In this document: in pieces, positions 10,337-20,446 of the stretch
How positions within the stretch are numbered: the first letter of the stretch is position 1
How the letters are laid out: every line of letters starts with the position of its first letter
NCBI RefSeq assembly: GCF_000142905.1
Contig: NW_013657662.1
Coordinates: 310,001 to 374,000 of the forward strand
Source of the DNA: Thecamonas trahens ATCC 50062
Lineage: Eukaryota; Protista; Apusomonadida
Direction of reading: 5' to 3'
DNA: 64,000 nucleotides
Notes under the pieces: generated by a model
Told to the model about the DNA's origin: nothing
The model's input: the letters and a program-made list of their open reading frames with translations, nothing else
Database searches by the model: none
Made by a program: the position numbers and the translations under genes

Positions 10337-13306
10337 ATGTCGTCGGCCTCCTCGTCTTCCTCGCCCTCCTCCTCCTCGCCCTCCTCCTCATCCTCGCGGT
10401 TCTTCTCCAACATCGTGCTGCAAACCGACGGAGATGTTCCTGTCAGAGGAAAGGCAACGCCCACGCCGACTACGGCTGCCATGCTGCCGCCGTCGCTCTC
10501 GTACTCTTCCGACTACGAAGAGGACCACGCCAGGTCGTTCGGTCTCTCGTCGTCGTCGTCGCTCGACTCGGAGCCATCGTCCACCCACGACTCAGTCTTT
10601 GGGCCTGCAGAGGCGGCAGGGCTCAAGAGCTCGGCACTACCCAAGGGGTTTGACGACTTGCGATCTGTTCATCGCGCCGGAGGACCGTCAAAGCGGTCGT
10701 CGGCTAATTCCCGCGCTGCGCTTGCCTTTCTGGCTGGCATCACGCCCGAGTTCTTCGACTCGCAGTGGGCCGTCGCCGCAGCCGAGAAGACTGTCCTGGC
10801 GCTGCGCTCGTTTGCAAGGACCGGCGCCGAGCGGCTAGATCTCTCCTTTGTTGGGCTCGGGCTCGTCCCGCTCGAGCTTGTCACGCTCCTCGCCAATGTT
10901 CCGAGCCTGGAACGGCTCATTCTGCATGGCAACGAGATTCGGTCCCTCCCGGCGTGCGTTCAAGAGCTCTCGAGTCTCACCCACCTCGACCTCTCGCGCA
11001 ACATGCTGGAAGAGCTGCATCCGGCGGTCGGCCGACTTGACCACCTCCGGATTCTCGACCTGCGGTGGAACAAGCTTGAGACGCTTCCGTCGCAAGTCGG
11101 GAGACTGACCACACTCCGCCAGCTCCTCCTCGCCTCCAACTCGCTGGTCCATCTTCCGTCGTCGCTCGAGGGTCTAACCAATCTCGAGGTCCTCGACCTG
11201 TATCACAACCACTTGCCGCAGCTGGCGCCGGCCGGCTCGCTCGCCAAGCTCACCTCGCTGGATGTGTCGCGCAACGCGCTCTCGTTGCCAGCTCGCTCGT
11301 TGGAGGCATTGAGTCAGCTCACCGAGCTCTCGCTGCATTCCAACGGGCTGCGGCGGCTGTCCAAGGCCGTCGGCTCGCTATCGTCACTCACCTCGCTCGT
11401 CTTGTACGGCAACAAGCTGACCCACTTGCCCGAGAGCCTTTGCTCGCTCGCTGCGCTCACCCACCTCAACGTCCGCAACAACCGGCTTGTGTACCTGCCG
11501 GCGGCACTCGGCGCATGCACCTCGCTTGTCCACCTCAACGTGCGCTCTAACAGCCTCGTCGCGCTCCCGTCGTCGATCGGGCGGTGCGGCAAGCTCGAAC
11601 TTCTTAATGCCGCCGATAATGCGCTGGTCCAGCTCACGCCTGCGCTGGGCAAGTGCTCCTCGCTCGAGGTCATCAACGTGGCCCACAACAAGCTCACCAC
11701 GCTCCCGACCTCGCTCAAGGACCTCCCGCACCTGATCAAGCTCGACGCGGCCCACAATCCGCTGCACTCGCTCCCGGCCAACGCGCTCGGCTACATCTCG
11801 TTCCACAATCTCTCGCCGTGGCGGCTGGCACGGACGCTCCTGCTTCCGCTCTGGCTCATGGGCTCAGAGCACATGGGACTCGGCTCGGCACTTGCCGTCC
11901 ACGCCGCCACCACGCTCCTCCCGCTGCTATGGCTTGCGCTTCTCGTCGGCTCGGCGTCGCACCTGTTTGGCGATGCGTCTGCTGACGACGGCGCCGATTC
12001 CGCCGCTGTCTGGGGTCTCTCGGTCATTCTTGCCATCTACATTGTCGGGCTGGGTCTTGTTGTGGCAGGCTATGAAGCTGTTGTCGGGACGGCGTCGACC
12101 ATGTGGCCTGCGCCGTTTACGGTGAGGCTCTCCAAGGCCAACGTGGCCATGGCAGCTGTAGCTGTCATCCAGGCACTGCAGCTGGTGGTTCTCTGCGTCC
12201 GGACCGATCTCGGGTGGCCCGCCTCGCTCTCGCAAGTGGCCCAAGTCCTTGTGCTCTCGTTCGAGGACCTCGTCCCGTACCCGGCGTACCTCTCGTTTGC
12301 GCTCGCTTGCGTGTGGGCGTTTAGCTACCGACTCTTGGTCGAGGTTGGCCTCTTTACCTTCCGTGGGCGGTTTGCCGATTCCATTGCGGGCCTGCTTGCG
12401 CTTGTGGATCCTCTGCTTTTCCTCCCGACCATCCGCAACCTCATCTCGCCGCTTGTGTGCTCGTACTGGTCAGACCGGGCGCCGACGCTGGCGGCCGACG
12501 TCGACGTGCAGTGCTGGAGTGGAAGCCATCTGGGCGCAGCAGGTGTTGCGCTTGTCGGCCTCGCCGTCTACTACCCTGCGGCAGTGTTTGGCGCCGGGCC
12601 GTGGCTGGCGCGTGTGGCAGCCGACATCGACGTCCGACGCGAGCCCAAACCCAACTCATGGCTCCGCCAGCTGGTGTTCTTCGCCGCGGTCGGAACCGCA
12701 TTCTTCGAGCCGGGCAAACAGCCCGCTGTGTACCTGGCCGCTGTGGCCACGGCAGCTGCGGGTGCGGTGCTTGTGGTCGGCCGCACCCGGCCGTACGGCT
12801 TGTACCTGTGGAAGCTCAACATTCTGGAGATGGCCGCGTATGCCATTGTCTTTGTGGCGGCCATGCTCACAATCTGGGTCAAGGTTGACGACATCACTTC
12901 GCCGTGGATGGTCTTTACTGTCCTCTGCGTCGTTGCCGCCCTCATTGCCGCTGCGGCTGTGGGTATCATTGGCGTCTACGACGCACTCGACGTGTACATT
13001 GACTCGGACGAGCTCTCGTTTGGCGATCACGGCGAGTTTGGATCGCTCTCGGGTGGGGGCGATGACTCGTCGGCGTTTGAGGCCCACATGCTGCCGGCAA
13101 CAGACGCGCTGATTACTCAGATGCAAGGCGAGGGCCTCGGCTCGGACTTTGACTACGACGAGTACGCCGCCGATGCTGGTCACGGATACGAGTTTGATGG
13201 CGCCCGCCTGGTGTACAAGCACAGCAAGGTTGATCCCGACGACGAGCTCAAGCTTGCGCGCAATCCCATGTACACAACCATGGCGTGGGGCGCACGCAAG
13301 ACATGA
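10337..13306 (+). CDS. LRR protein fused to a polytopic (about 10 TM) membrane domain
   Basis: Probable start MSSASSSS at 10337. About 13 SHOC2-type 23-aa LRRs (LxxLxLxxNxLxxLP), then multiple hydrophobic helices with CSY...DVQCWSGSH and RPY...KLN motifs, and an acidic tail. Confidence 0.85.
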   Translation: MSSASSSSSPSSSSPSSSSSRFFSNIVLQTDGDVPVRGKATPTPTTAAMLPPSLSYSSDYEEDHARSFGLSSSSSLDSEPSSTHDSVFGPAEAAGLKSSALPKGFDDLRSVHRAGGPSKRSSANSRAALAFLAGITPEFFDSQWAVAAAEKTVLALRSFARTGAERLDLSFVGLGLVPLELVTLLANVPSLERLILHGNEIRSLPACVQELSSLTHLDLSRNMLEELHPAVGRLDHLRILDLRWNKLETLPSQVGRLTTLRQLLLASNSLVHLPSSLEGLTNLEVLDLYHNHLPQLAPAGSLAKLTSLDVSRNALSLPARSLEALSQLTELSLHSNGLRRLSKAVGSLSSLTSLVLYGNKLTHLPESLCSLAALTHLNVRNNRLVYLPAALGACTSLVHLNVRSNSLVALPSSIGRCGKLELLNAADNALVQLTPALGKCSSLEVINVAHNKLTTLPTSLKDLPHLIKLDAAHNPLHSLPANALGYISFHNLSPWRLARTLLLPLWLMGSEHMGLGSALAVHAATTLLPLLWLALLVGSASHLFGDASADDGADSAAVWGLSVILAIYIVGLGLVVAGYEAVVGTASTMWPAPFTVRLSKANVAMAAVAVIQALQLVVLCVRTDLGWPASLSQVAQVLVLSFEDLVPYPAYLSFALACVWAFSYRLLVEVGLFTFRGRFADSIAGLLALVDPLLFLPTIRNLISPLVCSYWSDRAPTLAADVDVQCWSGSHLGAAGVALVGLAVYYPAAVFGAGPWLARVAADIDVRREPKPNSWLRQLVFFAAVGTAFFEPGKQPAVYLAAVATAAAGAVLVVGRTRPYGLYLWKLNILEMAAYAIVFVAAMLTIWVKVDDITSPWMVFTVLCVVAALIAAAAVGIIGVYDALDVYIDSDELSFGDHGEFGSLSGGGDDSSAFEAHMLPATDALITQMQGEGLGSDFDYDEYAADAGHGYEFDGARLVYKHSKVDPDDELKLARNPMYTTMAWGARKT

Positions 13307-13323
13307 TGCTACGCCACCACCAG

Positions 13324-15560
13324 CTAGAACGGTAGCGCTTGGATTGGGTGTGGCTGCCGGCTTCGCAGCTGGAGCTGCGCGTCGTGGTAGACAGTGGCGC
13401 GCGAGAGAGTAAACCACGTTGACGACCTAGTTGCCGCCTCGGAGGCCTCAGAGGCGGGAGACATGACCGATACAGCAGTGCCGGCCTCGCCGGAAAGGCC
13501 GGAGTCTGCATCGTCGGCCTCGGTCGCTGCCTCGACCAGTACTGGCTCCAGCTCGCCAGTTCGGCGGGAGCCGCGGACTCGGTCGCGGTAGCGCGGGTAC
13601 AGGCGGGCGACGAAAAAGTGATGAAAAAGACAATGGCCCACGACGAAAGGAAGAGGAGAAGAATGGCGTTGGAGAGCGCGTCCAGGTTGTGCTGCTTGTC
13701 GCGCGGCTTGAGCTTGGCGATCTTCTTGGTCCGCGCCCGATAGTGGAACAGCTTGTCTGCAATGATGCCCACAAGGAGCGAGCCGATGGAGGAGAAGAGG
13801 CCGAGGAAGAGGCCGGAGATGGCGTACGCCGTTCCACGCGTCTGCCACCGCACAACCTCGGCGAGAATGGGCAGGTCGCAGGCAAAGGCCGGAAAGGCAA
13901 GAAGCATGCCGATGAACATGGTGATGACGATAAAGTATATCAGCGACGACGGGTCCTGTGGAACGGTCTTGATGAGCGAGTACATGGCAATGCAGAGGAC
14001 CACCTGGGTCACTTGCGCCACTGTGATCCGCCCGCGGTTCGGCCAGCGGATCGAAGCCCAGTCGCCGAGCCAGCCGCCAACGACGCAGCCGAGGATGGTA
14101 CCGAGCGCGGCAAAGGCGACCGAGACGCCAGCGCCAAAGTCGGAGAGCCCGACGTACTGGAACCAGAGAACCATGAACGAGAGGGCATTGACCGGGAGTG
14201 AGCCCATGGCGCGCGCGAGCGTAAGTGCAATGAGTGCGCGATTGCGGACAAGCGGTCGAACCTCGGTCGCAAAGGAAGTGAGGGCGGCGAGAATCACGGC
14301 CCAGACAGCCTTGGGAGGTGGGTCAGCGGCCGATGATGCCAGTGACAAGCTGGCAGCGCGACTGCTGCGACCGCCAAACAAAGCGTGCCGCCGCACCGGC
14401 TCGCTTCCCGCTGCCGCCGCTGCGCCCAGGCCCATCGAGTGCGTGGCTGCACGTCGCATCGGCGGCGGCGTTTGCGGATGGTCTGGGTCAAATGAGACCA
14501 GCCGCGGGTGCGAGGTGACGCGAGGGAAGCTGCTTCCGACCGGCGAGGTCGGCGGTGTCATAAACGGCGGGAAAGGCGCGTTGAGAGTCGACGAGACCGA
14601 GTGCGAGTTGGACCGCAGTCGAGGCGCGGTGAGCCCGACTCGGGTCGGCGCTTCCAGAACAGCCAAGCCTGGTGCATCACGCTCATCGTCGCCCTCCTGC
14701 TCTTCGTGGGCCGAGATGCTGTTCGACTCGCTCGCGCTCAGCGCCGAGGACGAGCCGCGCCAGCTGCGCTCGTCCGCGGGACCGGATACATGCGAGCAAG
14801 CCGACGCCGAAGAATGGCCATCACAATCAACAGTAACGGAAGACCTGCTCTGGATGTCTTCATCGTTGCTGCCGTCGTCGTCAGCCGACACATACAGCAG
14901 GTTTTCACCGGCGGCGCCGCCGGTTGTGAGGAAGAGCACAGCGTGTTCGGCCGAAGCCAGGGCTGTCTCGTCGTCCGAGGCACTCTCAAAGCCGCCACGC
15001 TCTGGATTGACCGCAAAGAGCGAGATGACGAGCGAAATGGGGAAGGTTGCGGCACCAACAAGGAAGAACAGAATGCGCCAGCCCGGGACGGCGCCGACAG
15101 ACGATGCACCGATAGAAGAGCCAAGAAGAGCGGCGATGATAAAGCCAGAGAGACCAGCGACGCCAAGAAGACCAAAGCCTCTGCCGCGATCAGCAGCGGC
15201 AAACATGTCGGGAATGAGCGAGCCAGCGATGGCGGTGAGGCCCGAGAGACCGAGGCCCGAGGCAGCGCGGAGGACGAGGAAGGAAGCAAACGAGGTGGCA
15301 AAGGCGAGGGCCACGGTGAGTGATCCCCAGAGAAGGGTGGAGAGGACCCAGAGTCTGACACGTGGTGCCTGATCGCATGCCCGTCCCCAACCAGTGAGTG
15401 ATGTCGCCTCCACCACAGCAGTGACCATGACGATGAGGCCGAGTCCTGTCGGCGTGGCGTCCAGAGCCGTCTCCAGGGCTTCGAACATGATGCCAAGCAG
15501 GGCTGTCGCCACAGTCTTGAGCGTGTACGAGCCCATAACAAGCGCCAGGGTCGCCCGCAT
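13324..15560 (-). CDS. MFS transporter (spinster-like) with a large cytosolic loop; 1-nt frameshift at about 13615
   Basis: MFS motifs WGRACDQAPRVRL, LIPDMFAAADRGRGFG and GGWLGDWASIRWPNRGR. Adding one T to the T5 run (A13613-13617 on +) joins the frames as FFITFFVARLYPRYRD, ending at 13324. Confidence 0.85.
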
Positions 15561-15842
15561 CGTTTCCTCGTGGGAGGGGGGGGTGGGGGGTCGGGTGGAG
15601 GATGAGGATGAGGAGAAGTGTGTGCGGGGTGGGAGTGTGGGGGGGGAGGGGGCGTGGGGGGGTACGGGGAGGTGCGGGGGGTGAGCCTTGGGTAGGATCG
15701 ATGGGCGGAGAATACAAGGCTGAAGAAGGTGGAAGGGGAGGATCAAGATCGAGATGGGTGAACTGTACAGATGGATTTGATCGGTGGGATCGGAGGTGAT
15801 GGATGGGGGAGGGAGAGGGGGGGGGGATACATTGGGTGGAGC

Positions 15843-16556
15843 TCAGCGGATGCGACATGGTGAGGGGGAAGAGCGGCGGATGGGGGTTAGGATGCGGCCG
15901 ATGGCCGGTGAGACGGCGGATGTGGCCATGCCGCGGTCACCGGCGCGGGTGAAGGAAGAGAGGCGAGAGGCCGGCGACGGAGGAAGGGCAGGCGGAAGCG
16001 ATGATGCCCGCAAGCCGCTGGAAATGGATGGCGTTAGTGGCGAGACGGCCGGCGTGGGCTTGAGCGAGGTCTTGCGGCCCAGATGCGCGGCGGTAGCGGT
16101 CCGATTGGCCAGACGCAGCGGCGAGAACGGCGTCCGGGACGGCGATGCCATGGCGGAGCGTCCTTGAGGCGAGAAGACTTTGACGGGTGTCACCGCCACG
16201 GTCACTGCGCTCTCCTCGCTTTCGCCTGCGATCCCGTACTCGATGCTCGACTCGAGCTCAGGCAGCGAGTCGACGGCAATGCCATTAGGCGAGAAGGCGA
16301 TGTCGACCGCTGCCAGCTCAACGAGGTCCGGCGAGGAGCGCAACCGAGAGGCCAGAGGCAGTGGCGCCGCCATAGGTGTGCGGACCATGGACGGCGAGCG
16401 AGGATCGACCAGAAGAGAGGAAGGACGAGCCACAGGCGTGCGGACAAAGCCGGCGTGAGGAGCAGGCGGCGAGCGAGGGTCCCAGGCCACAGCCGCTGGC
16501 CGCATGCACGGCACGGGGGTCCGCGGGAGGCCCGGCGAGCGGGGGTCAATGAACAT
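15843..16556 (-). CDS. CDCA3/TOME-1-like protein with DPRSP...RTP repeats
   Basis: Three DPRSP-x(n)-RTP motifs (DPRSPGLPRTPV, DPRSPPAPHAGFVRTPV, DPRSPSMVRTPM) and many S/T-P CDK sites. Confidence 0.6.
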   Translation of the reverse strand: MFIDPRSPGLPRTPVPCMRPAAVAWDPRSPPAPHAGFVRTPVARPSSLLVDPRSPSMVRTPMAAPLPLASRLRSSPDLVELAAVDIAFSPNGIAVDSLPELESSIEYGIAGESEESAVTVAVTPVKVFSPQGRSAMASPSRTPFSPLRLANRTATAAHLGRKTSLKPTPAVSPLTPSISSGLRASSLPPALPPSPASRLSSFTRAGDRGMATSAVSPAIGRILTPIRRSSPSPCRIR

Positions 16557-16585
16557 GGTTAAAGGGTTAGAGGGGGAGGAGGGGG

Positions 16586-16588
16586 GAG

Positions 16589-16637
<49 letters not shown>

Positions 16638-16658
16638 GTGGACGTGGACGTGGACGTG
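16586..16658. repeat. (GA)n microsatellite followed by (GACGTG)x4
   Basis: Seen directly, in the divergent intergenic region. Confidence 0.95.
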
Positions 16659-16837
16659 GCGGTTGCTCACAGTCGGCAGGGCAGGCAGGCGGGAAGGAGT
16701 GGCACGACATGGCGCGAACGGTTTGGGAGGAGGAGACGACCGAGGCATGTAGCCACACACAAGCCAGACTGGCAGATCAATACACTTCTCTAGTCAGTGG
16801 AGAGGATAGTCACCGCAGAGAGAAAGGAAGAGCTTGC

Positions 16838-16863
16838 GTGTGTGTGTGTGTGTGTGTGTGTGT
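16838..16863. repeat. (GT)n microsatellite
   Basis: Seen directly, just upstream of the ATG at 16868. Confidence 0.95.
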
Positions 16864-16867
16864 TGGT

Positions 16868-18604
16868 ATGGCTAGTGGCTTTGTTGTGTGGCAGGACAAG
16901 GCGCTGGCTACAGCGCCGCAGGGTGCAAGGCCTGGTGGCTCGGCGGGCAAGATGCCAAATTTTGAATCACTTTGTCTCTCACCGCTGGCAGACAGGACCA
17001 ACACAACGCCAAGGACGCCAGTTGCCCCAGCTGGCACTCCAGCAACACCGCTGTCGGCAGTTACTGTTCACGGTATCAAGATCCACACTCCAGTCTCGGG
17101 CTTTCGGCTGGATCGCCCTGGAATGGCCGCTACCGAGGCTCTCGGCCCGCGCAAGGCGCTTTGGCGGGCCGCACGTGAGCAGTCACAGGCCGACAAGCCG
17201 GAGGCCGACAAGCCGGAGGCCGACAAGCCGGAGGCCGACAAGCCGGAGGCCGACAAGCCGGAGGCCGACAAGCCGCGGGCCACCGAGACGTGGCAAGATC
17301 AAGATCAGACTGGAAGCTGGGTGGATGCTTCGGCGTGGGTAGTGAGCTCGGACGATGACGAGGTGGAGAGCAGTCAGGACTGTGTGTGGGACTCGGCCAC
17401 CACCTCGGCAGCAGACGCCAAGACCCGCGCGTACGTCGCCGACATCCGCAACGCCATGCGCCTGGATATGGCTCCGCAGACAGCGGTGCAGAGCCTGAGC
17501 GAGTGCTTTTCCATCTCGGTCATCGATGATCTGGAACTGTCGGGTATGCGGCAGCGGAGGCGATCGGTTGACATGAAGCTGGTTGACGGCGTGCCTGAGC
17601 TCGAACAGCCCGTCGAGGCCGTCGATCTCCAGCCAAGCCGCAGTAGCAACTCATGCTATGCCAGGGATGATGGTCGGGCGGGCGAGGCAGAGTCTGTGCT
17701 GGGAGTAGAGGCACAGCCTGTCAAGTTGGAAGATCTCGAGTCGGGCAGCATTGATCAAGCACGCACAGCGCACTACCGCGCCAGGGCGGCAGCTCAAGCC
17801 GTTGAGCTCGAAAACGCCGAGGTCAAGGCAGCTTCCCGCGTCGCTGCCGCTCTCGCGCCGTTCCGCGAGCTGGCGGACGAGCTTTGCGCAGTTGCACGCG
17901 ACGAGCTCGGCAGCAAGACTGGACTCCCGCAGGCTGCCGAGTTTGATCCCGATACCACGACCACCGAAGCCAAGGCCCTCGCGGCGTTGTTGCGGAGCGT
18001 TTTCTTTGCATACCGGGGCGAGTCGATGTCCACCGTTGAGCAGCGCCGACGGCGGTCTCCGTCGGCGTCGCCGATTGCCTCGGTGACGTCGGTGCTTTGG
18101 TCGCCTGAGCCTGATCTGAAAGGAAAGGCGACAACGAGTGTAGCGGCAAGCGACGAGCTGATTGCGGAGAACCGCATGCTGCGGGCCCAGCTGGCGTCAG
18201 TGCTTGATGCTGTTGACGAGCTCCGCAGCGTGCCAGATCCCAGTGCAGCTCTAGAGGCCAACTACAAGGTGCTCGCCGACATTCGCGCACAGGAGACTGA
18301 GCTCATGCGCGCTGTCTCGGATCAGAGCGCCGCCGCCGCCGCCAAGGCCGAGATGCAAGCCGAAGTGGTGACAGCGGAGCGCAAGCTGGCGACCGCGCTC
18401 GAGTCGGCCCGGACCTGGGGCTCACTGCATCAGGAGACGGCAGCCAATTTGCTTGACTTGTCAAACAAGTACAAGCGGCTCAAGGTCAAGCACAACAAGC
18501 TGCGTGCCATGTACACTGCCGCTAAGGCGCGGATTGCCCGGCAGGGCGAGGTCTTGATGCACGTCTCGCACTCGCTTGATGAGCATGAGGCGCGGGATGG
18601 GTAA
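16868..18604 (+). CDS. Hypothetical protein with a disordered N-terminus and a C-terminal coiled coil
   Basis: Long ORF with S/T-P sites, ADKPE repeats and a heptad-rich C-terminus (ELIAENRMLRAQL, LSNKYKRLKVKHNKL). Confidence 0.75.
   Translation: MASGFVVWQDKALATAPQGARPGGSAGKMPNFESLCLSPLADRTNTTPRTPVAPAGTPATPLSAVTVHGIKIHTPVSGFRLDRPGMAATEALGPRKALWRAAREQSQADKPEADKPEADKPEADKPEADKPEADKPRATETWQDQDQTGSWVDASAWVVSSDDDEVESSQDCVWDSATTSAADAKTRAYVADIRNAMRLDMAPQTAVQSLSECFSISVIDDLELSGMRQRRRSVDMKLVDGVPELEQPVEAVDLQPSRSSNSCYARDDGRAGEAESVLGVEAQPVKLEDLESGSIDQARTAHYRARAAAQAVELENAEVKAASRVAAALAPFRELADELCAVARDELGSKTGLPQAAEFDPDTTTTEAKALAALLRSVFFAYRGESMSTVEQRRRRSPSASPIASVTSVLWSPEPDLKGKATTSVAASDELIAENRMLRAQLASVLDAVDELRSVPDPSAALEANYKVLADIRAQETELMRAVSDQSAAAAAKAEMQAEVVTAERKLATALESARTWGSLHQETAANLLDLSNKYKRLKVKHNKLRAMYTAAKARIARQGEVLMHVSHSLDEHEARDG
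17187..17275 (+). repeat. 15-nt coding tandem repeat GCCGACAAGCCGGAG, about 6 copies (ADKPE)
   Basis: Perfect tandem copies seen directly. Confidence 0.95.
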
Positions 18605-18946
18605 CCCTTTACGGTGGTTCGGACGCGTTGGTGTGCGCGTCTCGTCGTGAACAAGCGGAAGCGTCCCTCTGCAGCGGCTGCTCGTCATCACCACCTTTCC
18701 CAGCGAGCCACCGTGCGACGCGACTGCCTCGCCTTCCGGAAGCTTCATGGTAAGCGATCGCGGTCGCGGACCTTTTGCGCCGCGCGCGGCGTCCATCTCT
18801 GCATCGCCGATTGTTTTCTGTTGTGGCAGCCATTAACACATTGTACTACTCTTTTACCACGATTGATGGACGTTGCGACGTCTGTGGAGCGTCGCGGAGC
18901 GCGGCTTGCGCGACAGACACGTTTGTCCATTCCGTACCGTAAAGGG
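18605..18946 (+). mobile_element. Non-autonomous piggyBac-like element (internal-deletion derivative)
   Basis: Left end CCCTTTACGGT at 18605. The right end CCGTACCGTAAAGGG (ends 18946) is its inverted repeat. The internal frame RRDCLAF..GKRSRSRTFCAARGVHLCIADCFLLW is a decayed piggyBac C-terminal Cys-rich domain. Confidence 0.7.
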
Positions 18947-18995
18947 ACAAACACAGCAGTGCTTGCCACAGCCGCGAGAGCTTTGTCTTTAGCAG

Positions 18996-20285
18996 CTACG
19001 AGGCGCCAAACTGGCGGCGAAGCCACTCATCCTCAGACACGTGTGCGATGGCGTCCCTCGCTGCAGCCACCCCAGGGTGCTCGATGTGGAAGAGGAGGAC
19101 CGCGCGTAGCGCATCGGCCTCGGCATCGGATGGGATCGGGAACGAGACCTCGTGCTCGAACGAGTCGTCAAAGACAAAACAGCTGTCCTCACGCCAAGGG
19201 CGCTCGACGCCGCCAACGACAATGGCCGGTGGAACCGCCAAGTGGCTCGGGACTCGCAGCCCGCAGTGGACGGTGAGCCGCTCGTTGGTCGGGCCGCAAT
19301 GTGGCACGATGCGAACGCCTGGCTCGATGAGCGAAATGACGACCCGGCCGTACGAGAGCGCATGCGGAATGGTGGCCGAGAGTGCCGCGACGGTGTTGGG
19401 AAAGAATGATGCGCCCGGCCCGGGCTCGCCAGGCTCAAACAGCACAATCTGGTGCCAGGCCTTGCCCGATGCAGAGTAGAGCGCGCGGTCGTGGGCAAAC
19501 TTGCCGCCGGTGCCCACTAGGTGGAACGGAGCGGCGAGCCGGTCCGGATCGGCAGCAAGGACAGCGTCGAGCTCGGCACGCATTATGGGCAGCGCGGCTT
19601 CGAGCGCTGGCATCCATGCAAACTCGCTGTTGGCATGCCAAGGCGTGGCATCGAGGCCAGGCGTGAGTAGATCCGGGCGCTGACGGGCATTGACCAGGAC
19701 GCCCTCGTCGACAGCGGTAGCGTACAGCCGTTCTTCGAGGGCGGGCTTGCCAAGCGCACGGTAGGCAAAGCCGAGCGCGCGCAGCGCCTTGCGCGACTTG
19801 AGCAGGCGCCAGGCGTGGGCATAGGCCTTCTTGGCCAGCGCGTGCTGGCCGAGCGCCTCGTGAGCGTTGCCCAGATAAAGCCACCCGTTGCCGCGAGAGG
19901 CATCAATCTTGGTGGCTTCCGAGAGGAGGCGGACAGCCTCCTCGGCCTCGCCCTCCATCAAGTGCAGAAAGCCCGAGAGAAAGGCCAGATCAAGCGTGGC
20001 GTTGATGGCCGCCGCCCGATGGGCGGCCAGAAGCGCAGGCCGATAAGCGTGGATGGTAGCCAGTGCCAGCGCCTGGTTTGCCCACCGTCGATAGGCCCAA
20101 CTACCTTCATCCTCATCCAGTGCCTGATACGCCTCTGCCGCCGCCGCCGCCTCGCCCGCCTCCAGTAGCGCGTCGGCTGCCTCCAGCGCCTGCCCGTACT
20201 CACTCGCCACGCCGTCGGCAGCCAGAGCCAGAGCCAGAACCACCACTGCCACCACCACCGTGGCAGCAAGACCAAGTGCAGCCAT
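18996..20285 (-). CDS. ASPH: Aspartyl/asparaginyl beta-hydroxylase-like (signal/TM, TPR, 2OG-Fe(II) domain)
   Basis: PHCGPTNERLTVHCGL and FDDSFEHEV motifs, TPR helices (WLYLGNAHEALGQH), and a hydrophobic N-terminus MAALGLAATVVVAVVVLALALA. Confidence 0.85.
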   Translation of the reverse strand: MAALGLAATVVVAVVVLALALAADGVASEYGQALEAADALLEAGEAAAAAEAYQALDEDEGSWAYRRWANQALALATIHAYRPALLAAHRAAAINATLDLAFLSGFLHLMEGEAEEAVRLLSEATKIDASRGNGWLYLGNAHEALGQHALAKKAYAHAWRLLKSRKALRALGFAYRALGKPALEERLYATAVDEGVLVNARQRPDLLTPGLDATPWHANSEFAWMPALEAALPIMRAELDAVLAADPDRLAAPFHLVGTGGKFAHDRALYSASGKAWHQIVLFEPGEPGPGASFFPNTVAALSATIPHALSYGRVVISLIEPGVRIVPHCGPTNERLTVHCGLRVPSHLAVPPAIVVGGVERPWREDSCFVFDDSFEHEVSFPIPSDAEADALRAVLLFHIEHPGVAAARDAIAHVSEDEWLRRQFGAS

Positions 20286-20446
20286 CTTCAAAGGGAAGAG
20301 AAGAGAGGAGAGGAGAGGAGTGTGTGCAATGTGATGCGAGGTGTGCAGGTGTGGGTGTGGGTCACGAGTCACACGGCCGTGCGACAGGGGGCGGGAGGAG
20401 GAGGGAGGGGGCATGGGCATCGGAAACTGTTGCGACGGGAGAAGGG

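Noticed and set aside
13753-15372. Long antisense or alternative-frame ORFs (for example 13753-15372+, 34193-35473+, 21956-23227+, 54684-55811-)
   Set aside because: These are shadow ORFs expected from high GC3 codon bias opposite or overlapping real genes, with no recognisable motifs.
16557-16570. CTAACCCTTT (- strand) as a third transposon end
   Set aside because: The match stops after CCCTTTA and lacks the CGGT continuation. It may be chance or a telo-box-like motif.
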